Notes: generated by a model not told the origin, from the letters alone. Positions 25,811 through 38,663 are shown, numbered from the stretch's first letter. The stretch is DNA of 64,000 nt from Vicugna vicugna (GCA_013265495.1 MU062133.1:10146182-10210181); one strand, 5' to 3'. A program made the numbers and translations.

Positions 25811-27034
25811 CCATTTTTCTTGTCCTGGCTGTCCCTGAAGACGTTTCTAGCTCTGTTTGGGGGGCCCCGCCTCTCTGTTTTCATTCCCTTAGCAAACATT
25901 TACTTCAGTCTGCACAACTCTCCCCACAGGGGCTGCACCTGTGTCCCAGGGAACGGGGCGATCCTGCGTGGGCCTCGCAAGTCCTCATCCACCTGCACGC
26001 CACCCCTTCTCCCTGGGGCAGCCTGATGGCCCCTCTCTGGGCTCTGAGGTTCACAGTAGTTCTGGGAATGTCACCTGGAGGGCCTCCCCTTTGTACCCTC
26101 AATATTTCTACTCCCAAGTTGGGACAGGGTAAGTATAACCACGGCCCTTGTTGAAAGGAACCACACTCCTACTTGCTGACGTGCAGTCATCCATTCATGT
26201 TAATAGTGTTAACTGTAAAAATGACAGAAACATCTTTAGAAAGGCCACAGGATAAAGGGAACTACATCCCTCAAGCCTGAGATACTTACTGACTTCCTTC
26301 TGGGGTGTTCTTTTCGTCTGCAGGTGGGTAGAATTTTATGAGACCAAGTGGGGAGACTCAGAATGTGGATTCCCCCACCGCAGAGCGCTAGAGTGGCACT
26401 TCCGTGTAGCTGCACGTTTACACTGGGACTGTGGTTTTTTGTGCGTTTTTATGTCTTTTCCATGTCTGGGTTTCTCTCCCCTGAGAGACTGTAAACGTCT
26501 AAAGATCAAGAACTGTGTTGTCTCCTTTTATAGGAGTGTGTGTTTCAAAAAGAAAGAAAGAAAGAAAGAAAAGGAAATTTTTTAAAATGTCTCTTATCTA
26601 TGCCTGCGACGTTTTCTTACTGATGTGACGACCTGGTGTCTCAGGAAATGGCCTGGAAAACATTACCCTGCCCCAGCCGTGGCTTAGTCCTCATGCCATC
26701 TGGCGGGGTCTTTTGTCCCCTGAACTACCTGTGTTGTATGAGATGACAGGAAAATGCATCAGTGGCCGGCACAGGGCCAAGAGGCAGAATTTCTCTGAAG
26801 CTTCAGGATTTTGTTTGCTTGTGCTGCATCTCCCATATTGAGATTATTTGGAAATCCTATTGAAAATAAAAGTTTCCTCCCTGCCATATGGGAACTTTGG
26901 GAAAAGAATCCACCCTCTATTCCAGGCTTTTGCTTTATTTCAAACAGCCGGAGGATGAGGGAGGAAGCATCTGATGTAGGAACCAAGGCATCGTCATGGC
27001 CTGAGACGGGGCTGTAATTAATAAAGTGGCCAGT

Positions 27035-27225
27035 GGTCACTGAGTGCCTCCTGTGTGCCAGGCTCTGCTCTCAACATCGATGTGTAGTGTTGTCTCATCT
27101 CATCTTTACAAAGCTTTGTGAAGAAAAGATGCTTGTTTACCAGTAAGGAAACTGGGGCACAGAAAAGAAACACAATCTGAAAGTCCCACAGCTAGTGACA
27201 GTGGAAGCCGGATTCCTGCCCCACC
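27035..27225 (-). mobile_element. MIR SINE
   Basis: cactgagtgcctcctgtgtgccaggctctg...gtaaggaaactggggcacaga...cccacagctagtgacagtggaagccgg. Confidence 0.75.
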
Positions 27226-27310
27226 AGCCTCACCTGAAACTGCAGAATAACAATATTGTTTTCAAGTTTCAGTCTCTCTGGTTTGAACCATCCCTCATGG
27301 TGGGCAAAGC

Positions 27311-27360
27311 ATATGGCGCCATTTTCCCACCAGAACCTGATAAGCGCCATTTTGACGTCA
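27311..27360. promoter_or_regulatory. Candidate regulatory cassette: two YY1-type sites plus a perfect CRE
   Basis: GCGCCATTTT at 27316-27325 and 27344-27353; TGACGTCA at 27353-27360; motif match only. Confidence 0.4.
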
Positions 27361-27739
27361 GGAGCATGTCCCAGAGGCCCAAATCTCCAGGGGGTATAGG
27401 TCCAGGCCTTGGGTGCATCAGTTCCTAATCTCTTGCATTGATTGCTTCTTTCTTAACACTAAAAATTAAGGGAAGGAACTTCCCATTAAATCGTTACAAC
27501 AGTCCCACGGCATGCAAGCAGTCACGTCCCAAGAGAGGTCAAGAGATGCTCTATGATTACATCAGGTTGGGAAGTAGCGTCCCCCGCTTAAAGCATGCAG
27601 GACACATTTGTGGGCCAATTGTTCTGCGTACTTGGTCTAGCACAGGACGTCTGTGAGTGTGAATAGGGGAACATATGTCTGTTTTCCCAGTGAAAGCTGG
27701 CGCTCCCTTCAATTCATGATTGTAGGTGACAAACCACAG

Positions 27740-28060
27740 TAGTGTGTGACTTTGTCACCTATGGGAATCACAGATATTCTCCTCCTGTTGCACATGTCTC
27801 AAAATATCATTTATATTCATCATTACTTTGAAATTATGATAGTTTTAAACATGCCACTAGACTTTAGTATTTAATACACTAATAAAGAAGACATTTATTA
27901 TGTTAGCATTTTGTTTTTTTGGTATGTTGGTAACTATACTTAAATGTAACTGGTTTCTTTTATCATCCTACGTTCTTTATTTTGTGTATTCAAAAGTATT
28001 ATTCTGAAACGGAGTCCACAGGCTTTTCACCAGGCTGCCGAAGGTGCCCATGGTCCCTGG
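27740..28060. mobile_element. hAT DNA transposon relic (family uncertain)
   Basis: AT-rich body ending ttattctgaaacggagtccacaggcttttcaccaggctgccgaaggtgcccatgg, a terminus typical of old hAT MERs. Confidence 0.5.
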
Positions 28061-28134
28061 TTACCCTCTACTGACGGTTTCCAGGAAAGTGCTTTGGAGG
28101 ATTTGAAGATGGGAAATGCAGGGGGAGTGACTTG

Positions 28135-28164
28135 CACACACACACATACATACACACACAAGTG

Positions 28165-28200
<36 letters not shown>
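28135..28200. repeat. (CA)n microsatellite with a (CG)4 core
   Basis: cacacacacacatacatacacacacaagtgcacgcgcgcgcacacacacacacacacacacacaca. Confidence 0.95.
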
Positions 28201-29873
28201 AAGATCCTTGCTGAGAGTGTGGAGTGGGCCTTTCCCTCTGGAACCAGAGCCCCTGCCAGGTCCTGGCAGCCTGGTTCTCTGGGCATCTCAAGGAATGAGA
28301 AACACTTGTGACTCACAGCAAAGACACTGCTTCGTTGAAGCCAGAGAAACACGATTTATTACCAGCATGTTTTCAGTTCCAGGCGATGCCTTGAAAAGGT
28401 CAGCTTATATGAATATTTAGAAAAAGCAAGATCATAAAATAAGAGGGATTTGGTATTTGGGTTTTTTTTTCCTTTGCCGAAGAATATTCAGGCTCGCTCT
28501 TACAATGGGCAAACCCAGCACTCTTTACTTGACCTGCATTTACTCTTTAAGAAGGAAGATGTTGTAGAGCGGCATTTGGGGAGAAGATTTATGATGCAGG
28601 GGGTTTTATAGCATTTGAAACTAGGGCAGCGAGCCCTAAACATGGGACCAGAGGCCTCTTGCCATCTAGTGTCCAGCGAAGACGGCAGGTTAGGAGAACA
28701 TGTGTGCGCTGGAGGTCCTGCTCAGTGCCTAATTGTTCCGTATTTGTTTCAGCTGATGGCTACTCTTTTCATTAGGGGCTTTTAACTGGTGAGTCATCTT
28801 TTGAAAATACGAATTTGATGCAGCCGTTCTTTCTTTAAAACCTCCTTTGGCTCCCCCTTGCCAGAGGAGAGAGTACAAAATCCTTAACCTCCTGGCCAGG
28901 CCCTCTAAGCTTTGACTGCAGCTTTCCGACTAGCCTCATGCATCAGCCTCTCCCTCCACCTCCTCTCCCACCCCGTCCACACAGAAGAGGGGGCTTACTG
29001 TATTGTAGTGTATTGTGAGCTTGGCAGGAGAGTAGTAAGCTAGGGTGTTTATTCTTTATTTCATGTAGTAATTGTTTTTAAAACGACTTAATATTTTTAT
29101 GTTTAGTGGGGTGGGTTTTATTTAAACCCCCAGGTTTTCGGCTGGTCTATAGTCTTCATGGTTTGTGTAACCTTGGGGTACGTTCTTTGCAAAATCCTGG
29201 GTTGACTTTTGAGAAGATGCAGATTGGACATTTGGAAGCAGTTATGTATCCTGCTTCTTCTGTTTCCTTTTATAATCGTATCAGAAAACGGAATCATAAT
29301 GTGCTTACTTCACTTGCACAGTCTCTTATTGTCAGGCGTTCTGCTCCCAGTGTCTCTGATTTTCACTGTCCCTCTCATCTTGCGTTTTTCTGCCGTCTCC
29401 CCTCTGTCCCAGATCTCTTGCACGGTGAATGTGTTTTTTTTTTTTTAATTTCATGCAATCAATATTTCTGGATGCCTACTGCTCACCAGACTCTATGCCA
29501 AGGGCCAGGCGTGGAGTGTGGAGGAAACAGCCAGGCTGCTTGTCAACCTGTTTTGACATGAAAATGTTTGTAGCTTTGCTTGGTTCGGCTGGTTGTTAGC
29601 TGGTCTTACTATTATTATTGTCATCTTCGCTGATTGGTCCATCCATCTGCAGTGAAGACTTCTGTTCAACACAAATAGAAATCCAGTGACCATAAGATAT
29701 TTTGGGGTATGAATTACACTCACCTTTCTGCTCAGGAACTCCCTCTGAGGGCACACAAGTTTGCCATTGGGTACATCCATCCATTGGATGAAGTGTCCAC
29801 GGAGGGGTGGTCCCCTGCTTTCCTTAATTCTCCCATGACGTGGTAAAGTATCTCTTTGGCATTTGTTAGCCAC

Positions 29874-30281
29874 TGTTCCACACTGAACTGTGTCTCCCCA
29901 AAACTGGTATGTCGGAGCCCTAACCCCCAGGATCTCAGAATGTGACTATATGTGAAGATATGGCCTTTAAAGATGCAGTTAAAGTTAAGTGAGGTCACAA
30001 AGGTGGCCCTTAATCCAATCTAACTGACGTCCTTAGAAAAAGAGGCACTCTAGACTCACAGAGACACACCAGGGATGTGTGCAGACACGGAGGAAAGACT
30101 GTGTGAGGGCCCAGCAAGAAGGCTGCCATCTGCAAGCCAGGACAGGGGCCTCAGGAGAAAGCAGAACCGCTGCAACTTGACCTTGGACTTCCAGCCTCCA
30201 GGACTGTGAGAAAATTCATTTCTGCTGCTCAGGCCACCAGCCTGTGGTATTTTGTCATGGGCGCCCTCACTGACCGACACA
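29874..30281 (+). mobile_element. MLT1B/MLT1A-like solo LTR
   Basis: tgttccacactgaactgtgtctcccc...gccatctgcaagccagg...ccttggacttccagcctccaggactgtgagaaaattcatttctg...gacaca; perfect 5-bp TSD GCCAC (29869-29873 / 30282-30286). Confidence 0.93.
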
Positions 30282-32011
30282 GCCACCAATCCTATTTTGA
30301 AGGATTCCGCTTTGGAGCAGACGCCTATGTGAGAACAGGACCTGGAGTCCTCTCGTGTTTTGTAAATGAAGAAGCCGAGGCAGAGGAGCCCCCAGCCCTT
30401 GACGCAGAGGGGCCATGACAGGGACAGGCCTGAGGGGGAGCCGCCTCCACGGAACCCCCAGCCGGGGCCCCTGGGGGTTCCCGGTCCAGGTGCTTCCAGA
30501 GCTGTGCCAGGGACCCGGAAGGATGAGGGGGAAGATGCCGGCAAGAGGGCACCCAGAATCCTTGGAGCAGTGATTTGGGCCTCGCTCAGGAGTGTTCCTT
30601 CTCTTTCCCATGGATCTTAACAGACCATCTGAGAACTAAATCTGAAGCCCTTTCTCTAGTAAAGCCACGTGACGCGTGCGTCTAGCACCCACGAGTGAAG
30701 AGCTGGAAACGTTCTCCCACGCCAGCTCTGCGGGTTTCTGGCTATTTGCGCTTGGGTGTAAATGCTCACATTGTATTTTCTGTTCCTGCCACATTTAATG
30801 CTTCAGCTTGAATGCAGCTTTATCACTGCTTCAGGAATTTTCTACTATTTATTTATAAGTATTAAAATTCTGGACTCTTCTCCCACCAGGAGGGCAGCCC
30901 CATGGAGTCCAGTAACCTCCAGGGCTGGACGGTGGATGCACCCAGGCTGGTTTGAAATGTGCTGACAGGGTCCAGCTGCAGCGCTGGATGGAGGGCAGAG
31001 GCGGGCGGGAGGCAGGGTCACTCCAGGTCATGCACGCCACAGGAGAAGCAGGCCCAGGCGGAAGGGAGCGGGGTGGTGGCCATCAGTATCTCAGGTGTCA
31101 CGGGCAGTGCAGCTCAAATCCAGTCTGTTCTGAGGCCCGTTGGCTTTTCCCAGGTGTTTGCTGAGACCCTTCTGTGCTCCGTACTCTTTGTCTTCCTGGT
31201 CCAGGGGCTGGAGCTGGAAGCGGTGGTGGCAGAGGCAGGAGGAGGTTTAAAGCACAGGCCTTCCTCTGCAGCAGTGCAGGGTGTAGAGAGAGGGGCCCGT
31301 GCAAACACCGTGACCAGCGTAGGATGATGTTTGACCAAAGGCTGAATTCAAGGTGGGCTCTGCACGAGGAGTGGCCAGGTCTCTGGGGGCTGGAGTGGGG
31401 AAGGCAATCTTTTCCTGGGGGTGGTAGGGTACATTCCTGTTGAGCTGCAGGGACTTGGAGGCTTTGGGCAAGAGGACCTTTGGTCACTTCAGGGATTGGG
31501 GTGTGGTTCTGGGCTCCTTCTCCACCCAGGACCCCCACTGTGTGATTGAGACTTCTTTGGGCCTATAGAATCCCCACAGTGTCCTTGAGGTGGTGTGGCT
31601 CTGAAATTCCCTGTTCTTCCTTTAGGGTTGTCACAAGATTTTGACAGGGTCCAGCTGGAATGGGATGGCCAGTGAGAGTTTCTCTGGCTCTGAAGCACAG
31701 GAGCGAGGGCTCTGTAGTCAGACAAATGGCTTCTTCCTTGCCTATGGTGACCTGTTGGCTGAAAATCCAAAGGAAATTCAAGGATCCCCACTCCCGTGAA
31801 AAAGTGAGGGCTCGCACGTTGGTAACTGCCCCACGGGTTCTGATGCAGGCCTACGGCAGCCAACGTTGCTCTAGAGAGGGCTTATTTGAGTCACTCAGCG
31901 GACAGCAAGGCATCTACTAGAAACTCATTTCATTCTTGCCTGTTTACTCTTCATTTAGCGAATTTGTATTGGTGTCTGCTTTCTGCTGGGCACTGGTGCT
32001 CCAGCCTAGAG

Positions 32012-32216
32012 CAGGGGTTGGCAGACTTTTTCTGTAGAGTAAATATTTTAGGCTTTGAGAACCATGTTGTCTCTGTTGCAAGTAGTCAACTTTTGCAGGG
32101 CAGAAGCAGCCATAAACAATACAGAAGCTCATGGGTATAGCTTTTTTCCAATAAAACTTTACTGACAGGCATCGAGCTAGGTTTGGCCCACAGACCATAG
32201 TTTGCTGCCCACCCTG
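32012..32216 (+). mobile_element. MER58A (hAT-Charlie MITE)
   Basis: caggggttggcagactttttctgtagagtaaatattttaggcttt...ttccaataaaacttta...tttggcccacagaccatagtttgctgcccaccctg; preceded by the gcctagag target. Confidence 0.9.
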
Positions 32217-32436
32217 GACTGGAAATAGAGATGTGAACAAAAGTAGTCATGGCTTCTGTCTGTGTGAAGTTTACACTCTAGGCAAGGAAAATGTAAATTA
32301 ATCATATAATCACAAACAAATTATAATTATGAACACAGGTGCCTTAAGGAAAGATAAATTCTCATAGCTCTATAAATGAGGATGTGATATATAGTCTCAG
32401 ATCAAGGCAGACTTCCCTCAAGAGTTGATGCTTTGA

Positions 32437-32964
32437 ACCTGAATGTCCATCAACAGATGATTGTATAAAGAACTTATGGTATTATATATGCAATGGAATA
32501 ATACTCAGCCCCAAAAAAGAATGAAATAATGCCACTTACAGCAATGTGGATGGACCTAGAGATTATCATACTAAGTGAAGTAAGTCAGACAGAGAAAAAC
32601 AAATATCATATGATATCACTTATATGTGTAATCTTAAAAAAAGGATACAAATGAACTTATTTACAAAATAGAAACAGACTCATAGATATGGAAAACAAAC
32701 TTATGGTTACCAAAGTGTAAAGATGGTTGGTGGGGGATAAGTTAGGAGTTTGGGATTAGTAGATACAAGCTATTATATACAAAATAGATAAACAACAAGG
32801 TCCTACTATATAGCACAGGGAACCATATTTAATAGTCTGTAATAATCTATAATGAAAAAGAATATATATATTCATTATGAATATATACATAGCTGATTCA
32901 CTATGCTGTCCACCAGAAACTAACACAACATTGTGAATCAACTATACTTACAAAAAAATAAATA
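32437..32964 (+). mobile_element. 5'-truncated artiodactyl-type L1 3' end
   Basis: cctgaatgtccatcaacagatga...ggacctagagattatcatactaagtgaagtaagtcagacagag...cctactatatagcacagggaac...aatcaactatactt plus A tail; TSD AAGAGTTGATGCTT at 32420-32433 and 32965-32978. Confidence 0.93.
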
Positions 32965-33856
32965 AAGAGTTGATGCTTGAGCTGGGCTCTGAATCAGCAT
33001 TAACCAGCTAAAGAGAGAGGAAACAACATGTGGAAAGTCCCTGCGGCAAGAGAATGGAACATTTTGGAAATTGAAAGAAGGCCAGTGGAGTGGAGTGTGG
33101 AGGAGAACAGGGAGAGGGGTGAGATGAGGCAGGAGAGGAAGTGGTCCATGCACAGCCCTGGGCCATGCTTGGGGCTCCAATCTACCTGGGACTAATGAGA
33201 AAAGCTGTAAGCAGGGGAGACACAGGATCAGATTCGCATTTTGAGAAAAGTCTCTCTGGAGACTGCAACATGAGAACAGAAAAAAGCAAGTGAGGATTCA
33301 GGGGAACCAAGTGAGAAAGGTGGCAATGGAGGTAGAGAGATGTGGAGATGAAGATTTCAGAAGAGGTGTTGATGGGGTGGGTATGGAGGGAGAGGCTCCT
33401 CGGTGTCATATTTGAACAGTTGATTGGTTAGTGGTGCTGTCTGCCCACTGAGACCAGAGCACTGGAGAAGTCCCTGTTGCTTTGTTTTGTTTGGGTCAGA
33501 GGAAGGGGCAGGTTGCACTGCCTTTGAGACATTAAGTTGGAAGTGTCAGATAAGCAGATGAGACGTACAGCCTGGAACTCGGAGGAAAAGAGGGGGCTGG
33601 AGATAATATGTTTTGGGGAATCATCAGCATATGGAAGGTAATTGAAGCTCTGAGCATGGATTAGAGCATCTGGGGGAAGAGAACGGAGTGAAAAAAAAAG
33701 AGTAGAGAGCCTTAGGAAAAATCCTTCAGGAACTCCGATATTTAATAGCAGAGAGAGGAGGGTGATCCTGCAAAATACACCGAAATAACAACCAAGGGAG
33801 TGGGGGAAAAAACAAGACTGTTGTGGCATCAAAGCTGAGGGACAGAAATGTTTAAG

Positions 33857-34000
33857 CAAGGCTTGTGTTCAGCCTGGACACACAGCACAGTGGGACTGAC
33901 CGCGGATGCCCAGCCGTCATTCTGACTGGCCAGTGCATCCACTGTGATTGGTCAGTGCCCCTGCTGTACCAGCTGTTTAATATCATGATTCTCATCCCTG
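33857..34000. mobile_element. Short hAT-type MITE (family uncertain) inserted in L2
   Basis: Imperfect TIRs caaggcttgtgttca / tgattctcatccctg; degenerate 8-bp TSD tgtttaag / ttttcaag; L2 sequence resumes on both sides. Confidence 0.6.
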
Positions 34001-34570
34001 TTTTCAAGGAATGATCATCAGCGCTGAAGGTTTCTGGGATGGCAAAGAAGAAGAGCGGAAACCTCCTGTTGGATTTAGCTACAGGTATATCACTGGTGAC
34101 CTTAACGAGAGAACCTGAGATGCAGTGATGGGTAGAAGAGTGAGCTGAGGAAGGAATAGGAGGTGGATTAGTCGACAGGAGGCCCAGGCAACCCCAAAGA
34201 AGTTTTGCTGGGATGCAGAGGGGCTGAGTAGGACAGACAGAGGGGAAGCTGGATGGGGCTGAGGGGTGGGGCTGAAATTTTCCTTGAAGATGTTCAGTGA
34301 TGAGAAGGACTTACTTGTTCAGTTCCACTGTATAGTTAGTCGCTTACCAGACTTTTATCTGTCTCATTCACTTACTCATTATTTGATCCAACATGCTTAT
34401 CTCATCCTTGGGGGAGATGCTTACTATGTTATAAGCACTGGATTCATTTTATTTCCTTCTTTCTTTTTCAACAGGCACTTACTGAGCACTTACTATTTGT
34501 CAAGTGCTGGACCAGGTCCCCATGATAGAGAAATAAATAAGATAGAGCCTGTGGGCTTAATAGTTTAGTG

Positions 34571-34800
34571 CAGTGGCTATCCACCAGCAGTAATTTAATC
34601 CCCTTTCCCGCCTTGGAGGACACTGGGAAGTGTCTGGAGATCTATTTGTTGTCATAGCTTGGGGTTGGGTGTGCGAGGAGGGAACTAAGGATGCTACTGG
34701 TGTCTAGTGAGTGGAGGCCAAGAATGCTGCTAAACATCCTAGTGTGCCCAGCACAGCCGCACAACCAAGAAGCATCCAGTCCAAAATCTGAATAGGGTGA
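34571..34800 (+). mobile_element. MER20 (hAT-Charlie MITE)
   Basis: cagtggctatccacc...gtgtctggagatctatttgttgtcatagc...gatgctactggtgtctagtgagtggaggccaagaatgctgctaaacatcct. Confidence 0.85.
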
Positions 34801-35128
34801 AAAGTGCCTCAATAAATGTGTGCATATGGCGAGCGCAGGCACCAGAGGATAACCACATACGCACACACGGTGGAGCTGGCCAGGCGGGGGATGAGGGACA
34901 GACAGGAGGGGGCATGGTGCACACTCAGAAGCTTCCAGTAGTTCAGGGTGGAGGCACCATGGCCAGGAAGGGCAGAAGTCATGAGAGTCGGGCTAAGGCT
35001 ACAGATACCAGGCCAAGTATTTTGGATCTTGTCTGTTTAGTGGGAAGCCACTAAAGGGATCCAAATGAGACGAAACCAGATTTGTGTTTTAGGAAGATCC
35101 TTCTGGTGGCAGCAAGATCAAATAATCC

Positions 35129-35395
35129 AATAATCGCTAACATTTATTAAGAACCTGCTGTGTCTCAGGACCCTTTTCTGAGTACTTTATTGAATTACCT
35201 CGTTTAATTTCCCAGCAGCCCTATGGGGAAGTGCTCTTGTTCCCATTATACTGCTGAGGAGACTGAGGCCAAAGGGTAAAAATCTTGTAAATGGGGGATC
35301 CCAGCCTTGACTGATACTCATGCACCAGCGTGAGGTCACCTGCAGTTTTTCCTGTCTCCCACTTTCGGTCTGGGCTCTGGAACCAGACTGGAGCA
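35129..35395 (-). mobile_element. MIR SINE
   Basis: aataatcgctaacatttattaagaacctgctgtg...cccattatactgctgaggagactgaggcc. Confidence 0.8.
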
Positions 35396-36322
35396 TCTAC
35401 AGGGTCTCGGTTCATAATTCATCCGTTCCAGCTCTCCCTGCAGCTGCTCCAAAAATTCCATGCCTGTAGCTTTGAGGAGCGTGGCCTTGAAGTAGCCAGT
35501 TTAATTCATCCTGATTAGGAGTTCTCGTGTAGCTGTTAATTTTTTAGAGACTTTGTGGCTGCAGTGCCCTGTGGAAAGAGAAACATTTGCTTCTGGGAAA
35601 TCTTTGCTGACTGAGACCTTTATGAGGACCCTGGTAATCTCATATAGCTCCTCCGTCAGGACACCCCACCCACTCTCAAATGTACCTTTTCCCCTCTATT
35701 TTTGCTGGGTTGGGCCGGGTGGATTTACACAACTAATAAAATTTAAAGTAGATCTCACAGCCCAAAGCTACATCATTAGCCAGCACAGATCCTGCTTTCC
35801 TGGGTTTTAATTACAGTACCTCCTCCTCCCATTAGGAGGGATAGTTGCATGTGACAACTCCTGGCCAAGGACTGACAGACAGAAAGAGCTGGAGACTGAG
35901 GCCTGAAGGTGGACGGTACTGCACCCCGAACAGAGGGAAGGAGAGGTTTTTGCTGCTCAGGGGGGTCGAGGTTGTGGACAGAGGTGGCACCAGAGGGCTC
36001 AGCAGGGCTCCTCCCATTTGGAAAGAAGACGGGAGACCTATCTTCATATTTATGTATGCTTTTAAATCAATGTGTCTTCACTTTTAAAAAGCAGTAGCAA
36101 GGTTCTGGCAGGGCCAAGGAGAGGCAAACTGGTCTGGGATCCAGAGGAAAAGCCCTTTAGAAAAGAAAGCTGGTGTCTATGCAGTGGAATTAACCCCAAC
36201 AGGGGGTTTCTTTGAAGTTAGCTTGTGACCAGTGAGTTCACAGCCCCAAATTACCCCTGCCTGACAGGTGCAGAGCCTAGGCCCGGCTGACGTCACGTGG
36301 GGTGTCCCTGCAAGAAGCCATG

Positions 36323-36451
36323 NNNNNNNNNNNNNNNNNNNNNNNNNNNNNNNNNNNNNNNNNNNNNNNNNNNNNNNNNNNNNNNNNNNNNNNNNNNNNN
36401 NNNNNNNNNNNNNNNNNNNNNNNNNNNNNNNNNNNNNNNNNNNNNNNNNNN
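36323..36451. other. Assembly gap (N run)
   Basis: 129 N. Confidence 1.
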
Positions 36452-37066
36452 TGGAAAAGCCAAAAACTCTCATTTGAAAAGATACATGCACCCCAGTGTT
36501 CACAGCAACACTATTTACAGTAGTCAAAACATGGAAACAGCCTAATTGTCCATCAACAGATGAATGGATAAAGAATATGTGCTACACACACACACAGTGG
36601 GGTACTACTCACCCATAAAAAGGAATGAAATAATGACATTTGCAGCAACATAGAAATGACCTAGAGATTACCTAGTAAGTGAAGTAAGTCATACAGATAC
36701 AAACACATACCACATATGGTATCACTTATATGTGGAATCTGAAAAAAATGACATAAATGAACTTATTTACAAAATGAAAAGAGACTCAGAGACATAGAAA
36801 ACAAACTTGTCATTACTAAAGGGGAAGAGAAGGAGGAGGAAGGACAAATTAGGAGTTTGAAATTAACAGATATACACTACTGTAGATAAAATAGGTAAGC
36901 AACAAGATTCACTGTATAATACAGGGAACAGTATTCTGTATCTTGTAATGACCTATAATGAAAAACACTCTGGATTGATTGATTGATTGATTGATAATTG
37001 AATCACTTTGCTGAACACTTGAAACTAACACAACATTATACATCAACTATGCTTCAGTTTTTAAAA
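36452..37066 (+). mobile_element. Artiodactyl-type L1 3' end (ORF2 end plus UTR; 5' part lies in the gap)
   Basis: aaaagatacatgcaccccagtgttcacagcaacactatttacag...tgaatcactttgctgaacacttgaaactaacacaacattatacatcaactatgcttca; same family as 32437-32964. Confidence 0.9.
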
Positions 37067-38515
37067 AGCCAACTGCTGATTTTCAGGCTCTCTCTCCACG
37101 TTTCACTTCTTCCTTTAAGGCTTCCGTGGTAGGACAGAGAATTCACTGGGCTTCAGTTTTCACATCTCCACGATGAAGGATCTGTCAGGCTACAGACCTT
37201 CTCTTGTCCCTAGAGGGGTTGATTTCTAGACTAAATTAAGCCTTTGCTAGGATGGCAACTACATACCTGCAGTGCTAAGAAAACTAACTTTACACCCAAA
37301 TATAAGGCAGTTCCCCACTTTCCCAAACAAAAGGGCTTCAAAATATTTTTTTAACCAACCTGAATATACGTACATTTTTGGAATGCAGTATAAATGAAAC
37401 AACAAAATGTTTACTTATAATTTGTAATTAATTACTTTAGTTACACATCTTTAACCTTATAAAATATGTAAACTGTTGATTTTTAAATACTGCTTTCTCC
37501 CACTTATGTTTCATGAGTCACTATCCAAACCTGTCAGGTACAGTTTCAACTCCAGTGTGTGTTCTGTTCCCAGTGTATTTTTTTAATCCCTAGAATGGCT
37601 CTTTGAGTCCCCTGACAGTTTTCCAGGGCTCGTGTGCCTCACTTTCATCCGTGTTCCTGAGAGAGGGCTCTTTTTGAACCTGCGGATTATGCCCTCCTTT
37701 AAAGTGCCATCCCAAGCCACAGGTCCCAATTCCCATAAGCTGGGGCAGTTGTGATTTTTGTTTCATTTTCCTTATCGGTAAATATTCACGATCTCTTGCA
37801 GCAATTAACCATTGCTGAGTTTCTTTTTAAAGTGACTTCTAAAAGTCTTGTTTACAACAACATCCAACACTAAAATTGTGAAGTCACAATCCCAAGAATA
37901 ACCACTGCATCTGTGTTAACTGAATTAGGTGGGAGGGTGCGCTGTAAGAGGAGTCTTTCTATGGTTGTAGAGTCCATCAGATGATACATTGGCTATATTG
38001 AATATAAGGCAACACCCTTTTTTTCTGAGGGATTAAGGGAGATGCAGGAGAAAAGATAGTCATATATTTGGGCATAGACCAAAAATTTTAATTCACCGAA
38101 TTCTCCTTTAACACCCATCAGCCTATTACACTGCGCATAGGCAGACATGTCCAGTGGCCCCGGGTCACAGAAGGTGGTGCTGCGCCTGCCGGGCCCCGCC
38201 AAGAACTCTGGCCACCATCTTTCCCCACTTCCCAAACACCAGTAACTGCAAGCCCCTTCTGGCCACCTTTCTGCCGAACTGCCGCTGGGCTTTTGTGTGG
38301 TTTAATGAACATAGAGTCGTTTGGAAATATGCACTGTGCACCACAAAAGGAAATAGTAATATAATCAGAAATTATTATATTCAGGCACTTCAGAACTATT
38401 GCTACTATTAATGTCCATTATCACTATATTACCTGAAATGTGTTTAACAGTCACAGGCACTAATCAAGGTGCCTGTCCTGGAGAACGTTCATTCTCTCTG
38501 TCTGGATCACACTAT

Positions 38516-38663
38516 NNNNNNNNNNNNNNNNNNNNNNNNNNNNNNNNNNNNNNNNNNNNNNNNNNNNNNNNNNNNNNNNNNNNNNNNNNNNNNNNNNNNN
38601 NNNNNNNNNNNNNNNNNNNNNNNNNNNNNNNNNNNNNNNNNNNNNNNNNNNNNNNNNNNNNNN
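38516..38663. other. Assembly gap (N run)
   Basis: 148 N. Confidence 1.

Larger units (their letters stand above)
31940..34330 (-). mobile_element. Long L2 LINE relic with RT domain, hosting three nested insertions
   Basis: Antisense L2 tail at ~31940; the minus ORF 33428-33859 reads GVPEG...HAQSFNYLPYADDS...SSEFQ...CLSDTSNLMSQR, matching L2/CR1-clade RT motifs (GVPQG, YADD). Confidence 0.9.

Noticed and set aside
30959-31327. ORF with a TM-like stretch (VFAETLLCSVLFVFLVQGLEL)
   Set aside because: Isolated hydrophobic run with no convincing splice sites or family motif
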